A stretch of DNA of 36,359 nt from Candidatus Micrarchaeia archaeon (GTDB taxonomy: Archaea > Micrarchaeota > Micrarchaeia > Burarchaeales > JAVZCV01), in assembly GCA_038874215.1 (NCBI GenBank), contig JAVZCV010000010.1:1-36359 (forward strand). The letters run 5' to 3'. The notes under the pieces were generated by a model. That model saw only the letters and a program-made list of their open reading frames with translations, did not search any database and had not been told where the DNA came from. Positions 1 through 8,844 of this stretch are shown here, one piece after another. Numbering within the stretch: position 1 is the first letter of the stretch; each line of letters starts with the position of its first letter. Made by a program: the position numbers and the translations under genes.

Positions 1-99
1 TTCAAGAAGCTCGTCTCTAACCATGTTTAGAAATGTTTCGTCTTCATCAAGCGATAGCACAAGCATACTATCCTCTTCCTTCTCTTTTCTTATTTTCAA
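1..99 (-). CDS. rpoL: RNA polymerase subunit L (Rpo11), N-terminal part; runs off the window edge
   Basis: Not in the ORF track. Manual translation from TTG at 99 gives MKIRKEKEEDSMLVLSLDEDETFLNMVRDELLE, resembling the Rpo11 N-terminus. A GGTGA SD lies upstream, and csl4-rpoL adjacency is common in archaea. Confidence 0.75.
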   Translation of the reverse strand, partial: MKIRKEKEEDSMLVLSLDEDETFLNMVRDELLE

Positions 100-616
100 G
101 CATTTCACCCCCATAAGGATATGCGATATACCTATCTTCTGTGTGCCCACATTCTTCGCAGACCAAGCCCCTCTTCATGGCAAGCACCCCTCGGCATTCG
201 CTGCAAAAAGCCTTTATTACGCCAAGCCCCCTTTCATTCGTCCTTATAGAAACATTTCGCCGCGTATCCTTAACCACCGCCTTTATTATATCCCCAACTT
301 TCATCTCCTCTTTTATGCTTCTTACATAGCCCCTCTTTATATCAGATATATGGAGGGTGGCATAGCCAGCGGGCAGGATTGCACCTTCTACATCAAGCCT
401 TACAAGCACAACAGACTCATACATCTCTTCAATCCTGCCATAAACAATATCCCCTTTTTTGAGCGTTCTGCAATCTTCGCACTCAACTTCAATAACCCTG
501 TCTTTAACTCTTGACTTCCCCGCTACGCACGCATATATGGCTCCATTTTCCACATATGTGCCCTCCCCCGCAACATACTCCTCCTCGGTTCCGAGCATCT
601 CTCCTGGGACGGCCAT
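68..616 (-). CDS. csl4: Exosome RNA-binding subunit Csl4
   Basis: AVPGEMLGTEEEYVAGEGTY N-terminus, S1 domain (GDIVYGRI, LHISDI, GDIIKAVV) and C-terminal Zn ribbon CSEC...CEECG. Start refined to ATG 616 after a GAGGTG SD. Confidence 0.93.
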   Translation of the reverse strand: MAVPGEMLGTEEEYVAGEGTYVENGAIYACVAGKSRVKDRVIEVECEDCRTLKKGDIVYGRIEEMYESVVLVRLDVEGAILPAGYATLHISDIKRGYVRSIKEEMKVGDIIKAVVKDTRRNVSIRTNERGLGVIKAFCSECRGVLAMKRGLVCEECGHTEDRYIAYPYGGEMLENKKREGRG

Positions 617-670
617 GCAAAGACACCTCATCGACTTCAAAAATCAAGTTTCAGAAATTAAAATATCAAC

Positions 671-686
671 AGAAACGCTTTTAATA
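671..686 (+). promoter_or_regulatory. Probable BRE-TATA promoter for PCNA
   Basis: AGAAACGC followed by TTTTAATA in the divergent csl4/pcn intergenic region. Confidence 0.45.
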
Positions 687-743
687 TTGCCCCACCAATA
701 TACAGCCAAGGCGTTTTGTTCTTATCTTTTTGGAGGGATAGGC

Positions 744-1490
744 ATGTTTGAAATACACGTCAAAAATGCACGTTTCTGGAGGAATTGCGTAGAGGCAATA
801 ATGAGCCTTATTGATGAGGGCGTTTTCTTTGTGAAAGAAGACGGAATATCGCTTAGCGCAATGGATCCTTCTCAAATAGCAATGGTCAGCTTCTATGCTC
901 CTAAGAGCGCTTTTGAAAACTATGCTATTGATGGCCCCATGAGGATAGGCGTAAGCATAGAGAACCTAGGCAAGATACTTGCGCGTGCTAGGGATACCGA
1001 AAGGCTTGTTATGAAAGCAGACGGAAACAAGCTAACTCTTGAGTTTTTTGAGGGCAATTCAAAACGCAGCTTTACCCTGCCGCTCCTTGATGTAGCTGAA
1101 GAATTACGGAGAGAGCCAAAATTTGAACATGATGCATCCGTTACTATAAAGGGTTCTGCTCTAAAAAAAATTCTCGGGGATGCAATAGTCGTAAGTTCGC
1201 ACATAATGCTGAGCGTGACAGAAAAGGCGCTTGTAGTTGATGCCGGTGGAGATAATGCAGATTTCCGTGTAGAAACCGAGAAGGGCTCTGAAAGCGTTCC
1301 AGAAATAAAAGCAAGGGCAAGCGCAAAGGCGACATTCCCCCTCCAATACCTGAACGACATGGTTAAGGCATGCCCTGACAACGAGCTTGCGGTTCTCCAC
1401 TTATCAACAAACAAACCACTAAAAGTGGAATATGGCATGGATGGCGCGAGGCTTGTTTACTATCTCGCCCCAAGAATAGAGCAGGAATAA
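744..1490 (+). CDS. pcn: DNA polymerase sliding clamp PCNA
   Basis: LSAMDPSQIAMV and C-terminal YYLAPRIE motifs, 248 aa. Start at ATG 744 after GGAGGG; the upstream part of the 459 ORF is antisense to csl4. Confidence 0.97.
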   Translation: MFEIHVKNARFWRNCVEAIMSLIDEGVFFVKEDGISLSAMDPSQIAMVSFYAPKSAFENYAIDGPMRIGVSIENLGKILARARDTERLVMKADGNKLTLEFFEGNSKRSFTLPLLDVAEELRREPKFEHDASVTIKGSALKKILGDAIVVSSHIMLSVTEKALVVDAGGDNADFRVETEKGSESVPEIKARASAKATFPLQYLNDMVKACPDNELAVLHLSTNKPLKVEYGMDGARLVYYLAPRIEQE

Positions 1491-1516
1491 AACGGCGTGG
1501 TAATACCTCATCATAC

Positions 1517-1524
1517 CTTTTTTT
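1517..1524 (+). terminator. Oligo-T archaeal terminator after pcn
   Basis: CTTTTTTT about 27 nt after the stop codon. Confidence 0.4.
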
Positions 1525-1545
1525 ACCGAATTTTACGAATGAAAT

Positions 1546-1584
1546 CCAAACATTTATATTCTACTTTCGCATATATACTATATG
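1546..1584 (+). promoter_or_regulatory. TATA box (TTTATATT, 1553-1560) followed by palindrome CATATA-TAC-TATATG (1570-1584)
   Basis: Canonical TATA with a purine-rich BRE-like stretch upstream; a 6-bp inverted repeat lies near the expected transcription start. Confidence 0.5.
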
Positions 1585-1622
1585 TATCTTGTGTCTATAT
1601 TGTGATAAACGGGGTGTGGGTT

Positions 1623-1736
1623 ATGGCTGAAAATAAGAGAAAGTTGGATAGGTTGTATGAGGATGATGAAATAGAAGAGCTTATCTGCCAGCAATACCAT
1701 GGGCGCTATCTGAAGTCTCTCCAAGAGTGCGAATGA
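1623..1736 (+). CDS. Small 37-aa hypothetical protein
   Basis: MAENKRKLDRLYEDDEIEELICQQYHGRYLKSLQECE, with a GGGGTG SD, its own TATA box and a T-rich tract at 1742-1751. Confidence 0.6.
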   Translation: MAENKRKLDRLYEDDEIEELICQQYHGRYLKSLQECE

Positions 1737-1754
1737 GCCTATTTTTATTTTCAT

Positions 1755-3434
1755 CTAGAATAGACCGACAATCGTGCCATCCTCCCTTATGTCTATGTTC
1801 TCTGCGGCAGGTCTTTTTGGCAATCCAGGCATAACAACGATATCCCCCAAAAGCACAACTACAAAACCCGCACCCGTCATGGGCTTTATGTCCATCACTG
1901 TAACTACGAAATCTTCAGGTCTCCCACGGAGATAGCTCTTATCCGATAGCGATAGGTTCGTCTTTGCAACGCATATGGGCAGATTGCCAAGACCCCTCGC
2001 TTCAATTTCCGAAATCCTCTCTTTTGCGAGCGGCGTGTATTCAACACCCTTAGCCCCATACATTTTCTTGGCTATGATTTCTATCTTCTTGCTTATGCTG
2101 TCCTCCCAAGAGTAGATGGGGGTGTAGTTCCCCTCACCACACAGTTTCACAACAGCCTTTGCAAGGTCAATAGTGCCTTTGCCACCCTTCCTGTAAGCAT
2201 CAGACACAACGCAATTTACACCATACCTCTTGCATAGTTTGAAAATCTCCATGTATTCCTCTTCTGTATCCCCCTCAAACCTGTTAATCGCAACAACAAT
2301 GGGTAGACCATATAACATCACATTGGCCATGTGCTTCTCAAGATTCGCAAGCCCCCTTCTCACGCAATCAACACTTGGTTTCTTCACATCATCTGCACCG
2401 CCGTGATAGCGGAGCGCCCTTACTGTTGCGGCAAGAACAACCACATTCGGAACAAACTCCCCAACCCTTGCAACCATGTTCATGAATTTTTCCATTCCTA
2501 GGTCAGTGCCAAAACCAGTTTCTGTGATTACGAACCCACCCCTACCCACAAGCTTAAGAGCCATTTTAGTTGCGATTATGCTATTCGTTCCATGCGCTAT
2601 GTTTGCGAATGGACCTCCATGAACAAAAATAGGGCTACCGCCTATGCTTTGAACAAGATTCGGTTTCATGGCATTTCTAAGGAGTGCGGCCATGGCACCA
2701 TGTGCCCTAAGCTGGGATGCATATATTGGGTTACCTTTTCTATCGTATGCAACCGTTATCCTGCCGAGTCTATCCTTAAGGTCAACGTAATCCTTTGAGA
2801 GGCATAGTATTGCCATAACTTCTGAAGCAGCGGTTATCGCAAAATGATCTTCATGCGGTATGCCGTTTCTGCTTCCTCCCAACCCGACGACTATCTGTCT
2901 GAGAACTCTGTCGTTCATGTCCATTACACGACCCCACACCATGCGAGTAGGATCTATGTTAAGTTCATTGCCATGGTGCATGTGGTTGTCTACCATCGCG
3001 GCAAGGAGGTTGTGCGCAGAGCTAACAGCGTGCATATCCCCCACGAAATGCAGGTTTATGTCCTCCATGGGAAGAACCTGTGAATAGCCACCACCAGCCC
3101 CTCCCCCCTTAACTCCAAAAACAGGTCCAAGCGAAGGTTCACGTATCGTTGCGATTGCTTTCTTGCCTATAAGCCATAAGGCGTCTGCAAGACTTATCGT
3201 GGTGGTAGTTTTTCCTTCTCCAGCAGAGGTCGGCGTCATGGCACTGACTATTATTAGGCTTCCTTCTCCCCGATTTCTCAGCCTTCTGAAAATCTCAAGC
3301 CTAACCTTTGCAATATACCTCCCATGCAGTTCAAGTTCATTCTCCCTAATCCCAACCTTCTTCGCTATAAACCGTATGTCTCTCATTTTTGCCTTCTGCG
3401 CTATCTCTATATCGGTTTTCATACCATTCGGCAT
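1755..3434 (-). CDS. fhs: Formate--tetrahydrofolate ligase
   Basis: KTDIEIAQ, TPTSAGEGKTTT, GVKGGGAGGGYSQV, HGGPFANIAHG and MPGLPKRPAA...GLF. Start at ATG 3434 after GGTG (alternative 3422). Confidence 0.97.
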   Translation of the reverse strand: MPNGMKTDIEIAQKAKMRDIRFIAKKVGIRENELELHGRYIAKVRLEIFRRLRNRGEGSLIIVSAMTPTSAGEGKTTTTISLADALWLIGKKAIATIREPSLGPVFGVKGGGAGGGYSQVLPMEDINLHFVGDMHAVSSAHNLLAAMVDNHMHHGNELNIDPTRMVWGRVMDMNDRVLRQIVVGLGGSRNGIPHEDHFAITAASEVMAILCLSKDYVDLKDRLGRITVAYDRKGNPIYASQLRAHGAMAALLRNAMKPNLVQSIGGSPIFVHGGPFANIAHGTNSIIATKMALKLVGRGGFVITETGFGTDLGMEKFMNMVARVGEFVPNVVVLAATVRALRYHGGADDVKKPSVDCVRRGLANLEKHMANVMLYGLPIVVAINRFEGDTEEEYMEIFKLCKRYGVNCVVSDAYRKGGKGTIDLAKAVVKLCGEGNYTPIYSWEDSISKKIEIIAKKMYGAKGVEYTPLAKERISEIEARGLGNLPICVAKTNLSLSDKSYLRGRPEDFVVTVMDIKPMTGAGFVVVLLGDIVVMPGLPKRPAAENIDIREDGTIVGLF

Positions 3435-3499
3435 GAGCACACCTAATTTGGAATAGGGATGGCAAAAGCTGTTAATAAACATTTTGTATACCTAATAAT

Positions 3500-4801
3500 G
3501 TGGAAAGAGAACTCGCATTTTGCTATGGCAGTAGAAAAATACAAATTCGTATTCCTGAGAAAAACATAGGCTCTTTCATAGAGCCAAAGAAACTGATCGG
3601 TGCGGTTTCACTTGATGTTGTTATGAAAAGGGCAAATATTGGAAGGAAGCTAAACGGCAAGAAAGTTGCCATAATGATTGAAGACTGTACGCGCGATGAG
3701 CCGCATAATGAAATAATACACGCCATCTGTTCCGCATTGGGTGCTTGTGTGCATGCGCAGTTCATCATAACGACAGGCACGCATGAGAGCAACAACAAGG
3801 GCAACAGGCAGATAGCGAAAATGATAATAGGGGCATGCGAAGAAAAAAGGATAGGCGATTTTGATGTTCATATCCACGATTGTGAAAAGGATGAATTCAT
3901 GCATAATGGAAGAACATCAAGAGGGACCTTTGTTGAATCAAACACCGTATGTAAAGACTGCGACGTTTTTCTCATCGGCGCAGACATGAAGCCCCACTAC
4001 TTCGCAGGCTATTCAAACGCCGTTAAAAATTTCCTTCCTGGCATATGTTCATTTGAGACTGTAAGGCAAAACCACGCACTCGCAATGTTTCCCGAATCAT
4101 GTTTTGGTACGCACCCATTCCATCCTGATGAAGGCAGAAGGAAAAACCCTGTTGCGGAAGACATGGTTGAGGCGATGGGGCTTATCGCTTCGGATAGGCC
4201 AAAATATGCGCTTGCACTCATAAGTAGTAGGGAAGGAAACAAATATTCCATATCTTGGGCAAAAGCAGGCGAAATCCAAAAGATAACAAGGGAGGGAATA
4301 CGAGAGGTTGATAGGCGTATGTGCTTCCTTGCTAAACCCTCAAAATATGTTATAATATCACCAGGGAATAGCCCAGAGGATGAAACAGTATATGTATGGC
4401 AGAGGTGCCTTGAGCTATGCTCAAAATGCATATCTGACGGTGCAGAAATCCTCGTTATTGCAGAGTCGGGTAAGAAAGAGGAGCAGGGAATAGGACCTGC
4501 CAGAACTCTGGATGTATTCTACAATATACTCCGAAGACCCATTGACGAAATCATAAAAATGGGTGAAAAGCTAGATGAATATCTGATGTACATGCACAAG
4601 CCCGTCAAGTTTGCGCTTCTTAGAAAGCGTGTAAAAAACATATTCCTATACTCCTCTCTGCCAGACCGCATTGTTGAAGAGATACATATGACACCTGTCT
4701 CCGAACCACAGGAGGTTGTTGATCATTGGTTAAAAAACGACCAAAATGCGAAAATACTCTGCATCAATGCTGGCAACAAAGTGGCCCTATATCCCAAATA
4801 G
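3500..4801 (+). CDS. LarA-family (DUF2088) nickel-pincer-dependent racemase/epimerase homolog
   Basis: D.TR, TGTH, HDC, PHYFAGYSNAVKNFLPG and NH motifs match the LarA catalytic His residues and cofactor-binding Lys region. Confidence 0.85.
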   Translation: MERELAFCYGSRKIQIRIPEKNIGSFIEPKKLIGAVSLDVVMKRANIGRKLNGKKVAIMIEDCTRDEPHNEIIHAICSALGACVHAQFIITTGTHESNNKGNRQIAKMIIGACEEKRIGDFDVHIHDCEKDEFMHNGRTSRGTFVESNTVCKDCDVFLIGADMKPHYFAGYSNAVKNFLPGICSFETVRQNHALAMFPESCFGTHPFHPDEGRRKNPVAEDMVEAMGLIASDRPKYALALISSREGNKYSISWAKAGEIQKITREGIREVDRRMCFLAKPSKYVIISPGNSPEDETVYVWQRCLELCSKCISDGAEILVIAESGKKEEQGIGPARTLDVFYNILRRPIDEIIKMGEKLDEYLMYMHKPVKFALLRKRVKNIFLYSSLPDRIVEEIHMTPVSEPQEVVDHWLKNDQNAKILCINAGNKVALYPK

Positions 4802-4809
4802 GTGTTATT

Positions 4810-5541
4810 ATGTATGAAGAATTTGCAAAAATTGGGCTTACCAGAAGAGAAGCGGAAGTCTACATGCTACTGTTGGAGTTTGGGCCTTTGACTGCACAGG
4901 AGGTAGCAAAAAATGCCAAAATCAACCGTTCTTTCGCTTATTCCGTGCTCAGTTCCCTCATGGAAAAAGGTCTAGTCAGCCACGTAATTTCTGGCGGAAG
5001 GCAGATATTCTCACCTGCAAGTCCTGAAAAGTTGCTTGATGTATTGGCGGAGGAAGAGGAAAGGCTCAGAGAAACTAAAAGCAGAATCGCCACGCTGGTA
5101 AATACCCTTCTTGCAATGAAAAAGGGCGTTCTTTCAGAAATACGTGTGGAGGTATACCGCGGTGTCGGGGGCTACAAAACAATAATGGAGGATATACTGC
5201 GGGAGGGAAAAGACTACTACGTAATAGGATACGGAGCCAAGGGGAAGGAAATAGCAAAAATATATGAAAGAAATTGGCATAAACGGAGAATAAAGAAGAG
5301 GATTACGCGGTGGCTACTCGCCCTAAACGAGTTAAAAGGAAAAAAAGATGTCCGCTACAGATATACAAAAGTGAAGTTCTTACCGCCAGAGTATGTCGGT
5401 AGCGCGTACTTCATAGTATATGGGCATAAATCCGTCATATTCCTCCCACGGCGGAAGGATTTCGTAGGGATTCTAATAGAGGACGCAGAAATAGCGAGAG
5501 CATACAAAAATTCTTTCAACCATCTTTGGAAAACCCTGTAA
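4810..5541 (+). CDS. TrmB-family transcriptional regulator
   Basis: GLTRREAEVYMLLL...INRSFAYSVLSSLMEKGLV wHTH, a coiled coil and a C-terminal effector domain (VEVYRGVGG, IVYGHKSVI). Start at ATG 4810 after GGTG. Confidence 0.9.
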   Translation: MYEEFAKIGLTRREAEVYMLLLEFGPLTAQEVAKNAKINRSFAYSVLSSLMEKGLVSHVISGGRQIFSPASPEKLLDVLAEEEERLRETKSRIATLVNTLLAMKKGVLSEIRVEVYRGVGGYKTIMEDILREGKDYYVIGYGAKGKEIAKIYERNWHKRRIKKRITRWLLALNELKGKKDVRYRYTKVKFLPPEYVGSAYFIVYGHKSVIFLPRRKDFVGILIEDAEIARAYKNSFNHLWKTL

Positions 5542-5544
5542 ACT

Positions 5545-6147
5545 CTACGCCCCTTCAACGCTAAATTCCTCGTATATCGTTGCATTCGTTTTTGCTATGA
5601 CAACATAATGCGTCATGTTTGCACTTCTTGAATACCACCTAACAACCCACACATTGGAATATTTTCTGCCCCCATGCTCATATACAGACCTAAACTCTGC
5701 ATCCGCTACTGCATCTGTATGCAACCCAAGAAATTCTACTGTTCTGTCACTTCCCGGCAGCGTATGGGATGCTATTATCGCTTCTTCTGGATATACGATT
5801 ATGCAAAGAGGCTCTGCGACACATATCCTGCATCCCTTAGTTATGTTCTCCTCGCGGAGGGCAAAACCGCTTCTCGGGTAATCATAAAAAACATGCGTTC
5901 TTTTAGGGCAACGTGACCCTGCTTCGTGCACAACGCTCGCCTCCACCTTCCAGCTTCCGCTTTCATTTTCTATGGAAATTACCCCATATTTATCTGCGTT
6001 GGGAAACTTTGCACGCAAATCCTCAATTACATACCTCTCTGCTTCCTCTTTTGTTAGAACATGTTTTTTGAAAGAGGTTGTGAAAAAAACGACTAGCGCA
6101 ACTACTACGAGAAACATGACGATTATCAAGACAACATTTGCCCGCAT
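5545..6147 (-). CDS. Membrane-anchored/secreted hypothetical protein
   Basis: N-terminal hydrophobic helix, 4 Cys and several N-x-S/T sequons (NES, NIT, NMT, NAT). A TATA-like element lies about 25 nt upstream. Confidence 0.75.
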   Translation of the reverse strand: MRANVVLIIVMFLVVVALVVFFTTSFKKHVLTKEEAERYVIEDLRAKFPNADKYGVISIENESGSWKVEASVVHEAGSRCPKRTHVFYDYPRSGFALREENITKGCRICVAEPLCIIVYPEEAIIASHTLPGSDRTVEFLGLHTDAVADAEFRSVYEHGGRKYSNVWVVRWYSRSANMTHYVVIAKTNATIYEEFSVEGA

Positions 6148-6197
6148 GACGATTTTTCTCAGCGATCTATTAAATATTTACCTTTTGGTCTATGCCC

Positions 6198-7382
6198 TCA
6201 AACCAGCAGGGCAACCCATGTTAGCCCAAACATATTCAATAAGGTCGGCATGAGAAGTATGCCCATAAGGTTCGTTCTGCGTACCTTTCCTACGAGTGCA
6301 AGGAGCCCTATCGCTGTTGAAGTTGCAAGTATCAGAAGACCGTACGGACCCGATATTAATAGCACAACAACAATGAGATAAACAAACAAAATCCCACTCA
6401 GAATCCTACTGTCTGTCCCTTCACAGAGATGTGCAACTCTATCAGCCAAAAAGATTAGAAGTGCTATAGAAACTGAAGAAGACAACATGAAGACCCCAAC
6501 CATTGGCATTAAGCCAAAGTCCACCACCCCAAGCGATTTTACAAAAATGGCACTCCCCGTTCTAGCAACCCCTACAGATTCCTCAAAAACAAATGAAAAA
6601 AGAGTGTGGGATACATTGATTGCCGTGGTCATGCTTAGGAATGCTGGCGGGTTGAGGATAACAAATGGGGAAGCAAGCGTTGCGAGTTGCGCAGGCGTTC
6701 CTATGGCAGGGAGAAAGTCTGCAAGCATTCCAAGAAGCACACCTAAAAGAACCCATCCGAATATACTAGAAACCATCACTTCTTCGGGTTTTTTCTGCGA
6801 CGGTATCTTTTCATTCTTTGCAATTGACATGAGAAGGGAGCTGGTTGCAAAAAGCCCCGTAAAAGACGGAAAAAGTGGTTCCTTGACGAGAGAGCCATCC
6901 AGAACTACAAGCCCTAAAATACCTGAGAGGATAAACACCACGATAGAGTAAACAGATGCATCATAAAAAACAAGAAACACAGTTGCAGCTAGAACTATCC
7001 ATGGCACAAAAGGCTTAAACAAAATAAAAAGAGGAGGCAAGAAAAAGAAGAGCAGAGGCGATATGATAGCAGACAAAATAACGGCCAAAAGAGAGGAAAC
7101 AGCACATAGCTTTAATGCGTATGCCCCTTTTCCTTCAAGGAGCATCCTATGCCCAGGCAAAACTGCAACAACAGAATCATCAGGAACTGATAGGAATATT
7201 GAACGGACAACCTCAAAAACAGAGTAAGATGACGCCATTGCAACAACAGTTATTGAAATGAGAAACGGGTCTGCGTTTATGAGTTCAAGAAAAGATAAAA
7301 GCGTGTTTATGTGCAACCCAGGTATTACCCCGCACAAAATGCCGAAGAGTATGCCAAGAAAAGAATAAAATAACTCCAACAT
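6198..7382 (-). CDS. TctA-like (DUF112) tripartite tricarboxylate transporter permease
   Basis: GVIPGLHIN, SIFLSVPD, VLPGHRMLLEGKG, TGLFA and RRTNLMG motifs; highly polytopic. Confidence 0.85.
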   Translation of the reverse strand: MLELFYSFLGILFGILCGVIPGLHINTLLSFLELINADPFLISITVVAMASSYSVFEVVRSIFLSVPDDSVVAVLPGHRMLLEGKGAYALKLCAVSSLLAVILSAIISPLLFFFLPPLFILFKPFVPWIVLAATVFLVFYDASVYSIVVFILSGILGLVVLDGSLVKEPLFPSFTGLFATSSLLMSIAKNEKIPSQKKPEEVMVSSIFGWVLLGVLLGMLADFLPAIGTPAQLATLASPFVILNPPAFLSMTTAINVSHTLFSFVFEESVGVARTGSAIFVKSLGVVDFGLMPMVGVFMLSSSVSIALLIFLADRVAHLCEGTDSRILSGILFVYLIVVVLLISGPYGLLILATSTAIGLLALVGKVRRTNLMGILLMPTLLNMFGLTWVALLV

Positions 7383-7757
7383 CTAACCACGTGAAACCGC
7401 ATAGTACCCATTTGCAACCACTTCAAGCGTGCCTTTATATTCTTCAACAATCCCCTCCACAGTTATGTTGTCCCCTTTTCGTAGTAGATAGGGGTTCGTT
7501 ATGCTGTTTTCCGCAGTATGTTTAAATATAACCACATTGGCACATTCCCCTTCGCATAGTTTTATGAAAACGTTGCCGTTGTTTTCCCTTATGGACTCAA
7601 TTCTGCCACTAATTCTGACAAATTCCCCAACCATATTTTTTTCTACATCTCCTATTCCAACGATTTTCGGGCTTTTCGCCTTAACGGAATGGGCAAGCAG
7701 TATTATACCACAAAGCGATAGTATCAGCAAAATCAGAAATACGGCTTCGTCCCGCAC
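7383..7757 (-). CDS. Membrane-anchored OB-fold protein
   Basis: N-terminal TM helix followed by an OB fold (GEFVRISGRI, GDNITVEGIVEEYKGTLEV). GTG start at 7757 after GGTGA; the stop abuts the tctA-like start. Confidence 0.8.
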   Translation of the reverse strand: MRDEAVFLILLILSLCGIILLAHSVKAKSPKIVGIGDVEKNMVGEFVRISGRIESIRENNGNVFIKLCEGECANVVIFKHTAENSITNPYLLRKGDNITVEGIVEEYKGTLEVVANGYYAVSRG

Positions 7758-7807
7758 GCCATCACCACAAACCTTTAATAACTGCACGAACAATATATAT
7801 TAGAGTA

Positions 7808-8083
7808 ATGGATATGACAAGCGCTACAACGACTATTACTACAACCACTTTGAACGTGGTCACAACTACGATAACGGGCATACGCATAGATACAACAACA
7901 GGAGGCGTTCTCGCTCTCATAGCACTTGTTGTCCTCATTATAATACACGAAATAAGCGACCCCAGAATACTTGATGAAGAGACTGCGAATAAACTGCGGT
8001 CAGTTATAACCACGCCAATCGCCGATCTCATTTACGTATTTATATTCGTAGTCGGAATGCGAATATACCTTGCCATATTCTAA
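7808..8083 (+). CDS. Small Thr-rich two-TM membrane protein
   Basis: 15 Thr in the first 31 aa, then GG and two hydrophobic helices. TATA-like CTTTAATA at about 7773-7780. Confidence 0.75.
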   Translation: MDMTSATTTITTTTLNVVTTTITGIRIDTTTGGVLALIALVVLIIIHEISDPRILDEETANKLRSVITTPIADLIYVFIFVVGMRIYLAIF

Positions 8084-8835
8084 ACAAGCGCATATGGCAG
8101 GATGCCAAGCCAGAATATATTGTTGACTGCGTGCGCAAAAACGACGAGGGGCAGACTCCTTGTCCTCTGGTATATCAAACCAAATACATAACCAGCAAGC
8201 GTTGCGAATGCCATTTCTATTGGCGATTTCCATACTATATGCATTATTCCGAACAGAACAGATGCAAATATTAAACCATTTATCTGTCCCATAAGCTTTT
8301 CTGCCACTGTTTGAATGAGCCCCCTAAAAAGCAATTCCTCACCAAAACCAACAAACAGGAGCATGGTTAGAGAGAGCGCTACGAGGTCACTGGGCGTATT
8401 CGCGATTATCGGAGGGCTACCTAGCGCCATATATTCTAAAAATGAAAAGCAGAAACCAAACATAAACGCCAATTCCCATCTTTCTTTATCAAGCGGAATC
8501 CTGAATAAGTGGATTGGAAATTTATACTTGAAAAAGGCATACAATGACATTGCTATAAGAGGCGTCTGTACAATTACAAGTTGCATAAGCGGTGCAAAAA
8601 GATAAAGCGGCATGCTTGTATTAAGTATTCGCATAACCGCTACCATCATTAGAAACAGATAAAGCTGGCTTGTAAGCTCCTTCTTTCTTGCCGAATTCAC
8701 TACGAACTCAAAAACCATCAAAATATAGAACATGATGCCTATTGTTGAATTCATGTACGCAAATATTATCTCAACTACCGCAAAAAGAAAAAGCAGAAGT
8801 ATGGCGGTCTTCAAAGGCAGCTTTTCCTCTTCCAT
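8080..8835 (-). CDS. CPBP (CAAX protease/Abi) intramembrane glutamic endopeptidase
   Basis: EELLFRG, FGIMH and HAVNN catalytic motifs in a polytopic protein. Confidence 0.93.
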   Translation of the reverse strand: MEEEKLPLKTAILLLFLFAVVEIIFAYMNSTIGIMFYILMVFEFVVNSARKKELTSQLYLFLMMVAVMRILNTSMPLYLFAPLMQLVIVQTPLIAMSLYAFFKYKFPIHLFRIPLDKERWELAFMFGFCFSFLEYMALGSPPIIANTPSDLVALSLTMLLFVGFGEELLFRGLIQTVAEKLMGQINGLIFASVLFGIMHIVWKSPIEMAFATLAGYVFGLIYQRTRSLPLVVFAHAVNNIFWLGILPYALV

Positions 8836-8844
8836 ATCCTCAAC

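Noticed and set aside
459..743. 95-aa N-terminal extension on PCNA in the ORF track
   Set aside because: It is antisense to csl4 and spans the promoter; the SD and family length support ATG 744.
7817..7900. ACN-rich tract as a tandem repeat or contingency locus
   Set aside because: Thr codons are mixed and there is no perfect nucleotide repeat; it is protein-level low complexity.
8080..8835. CPBP/Abi gene as a phage-defence system
   Set aside because: The Abi name of this family is historical; the context is glycosylation/membrane genes with no defence genes nearby.
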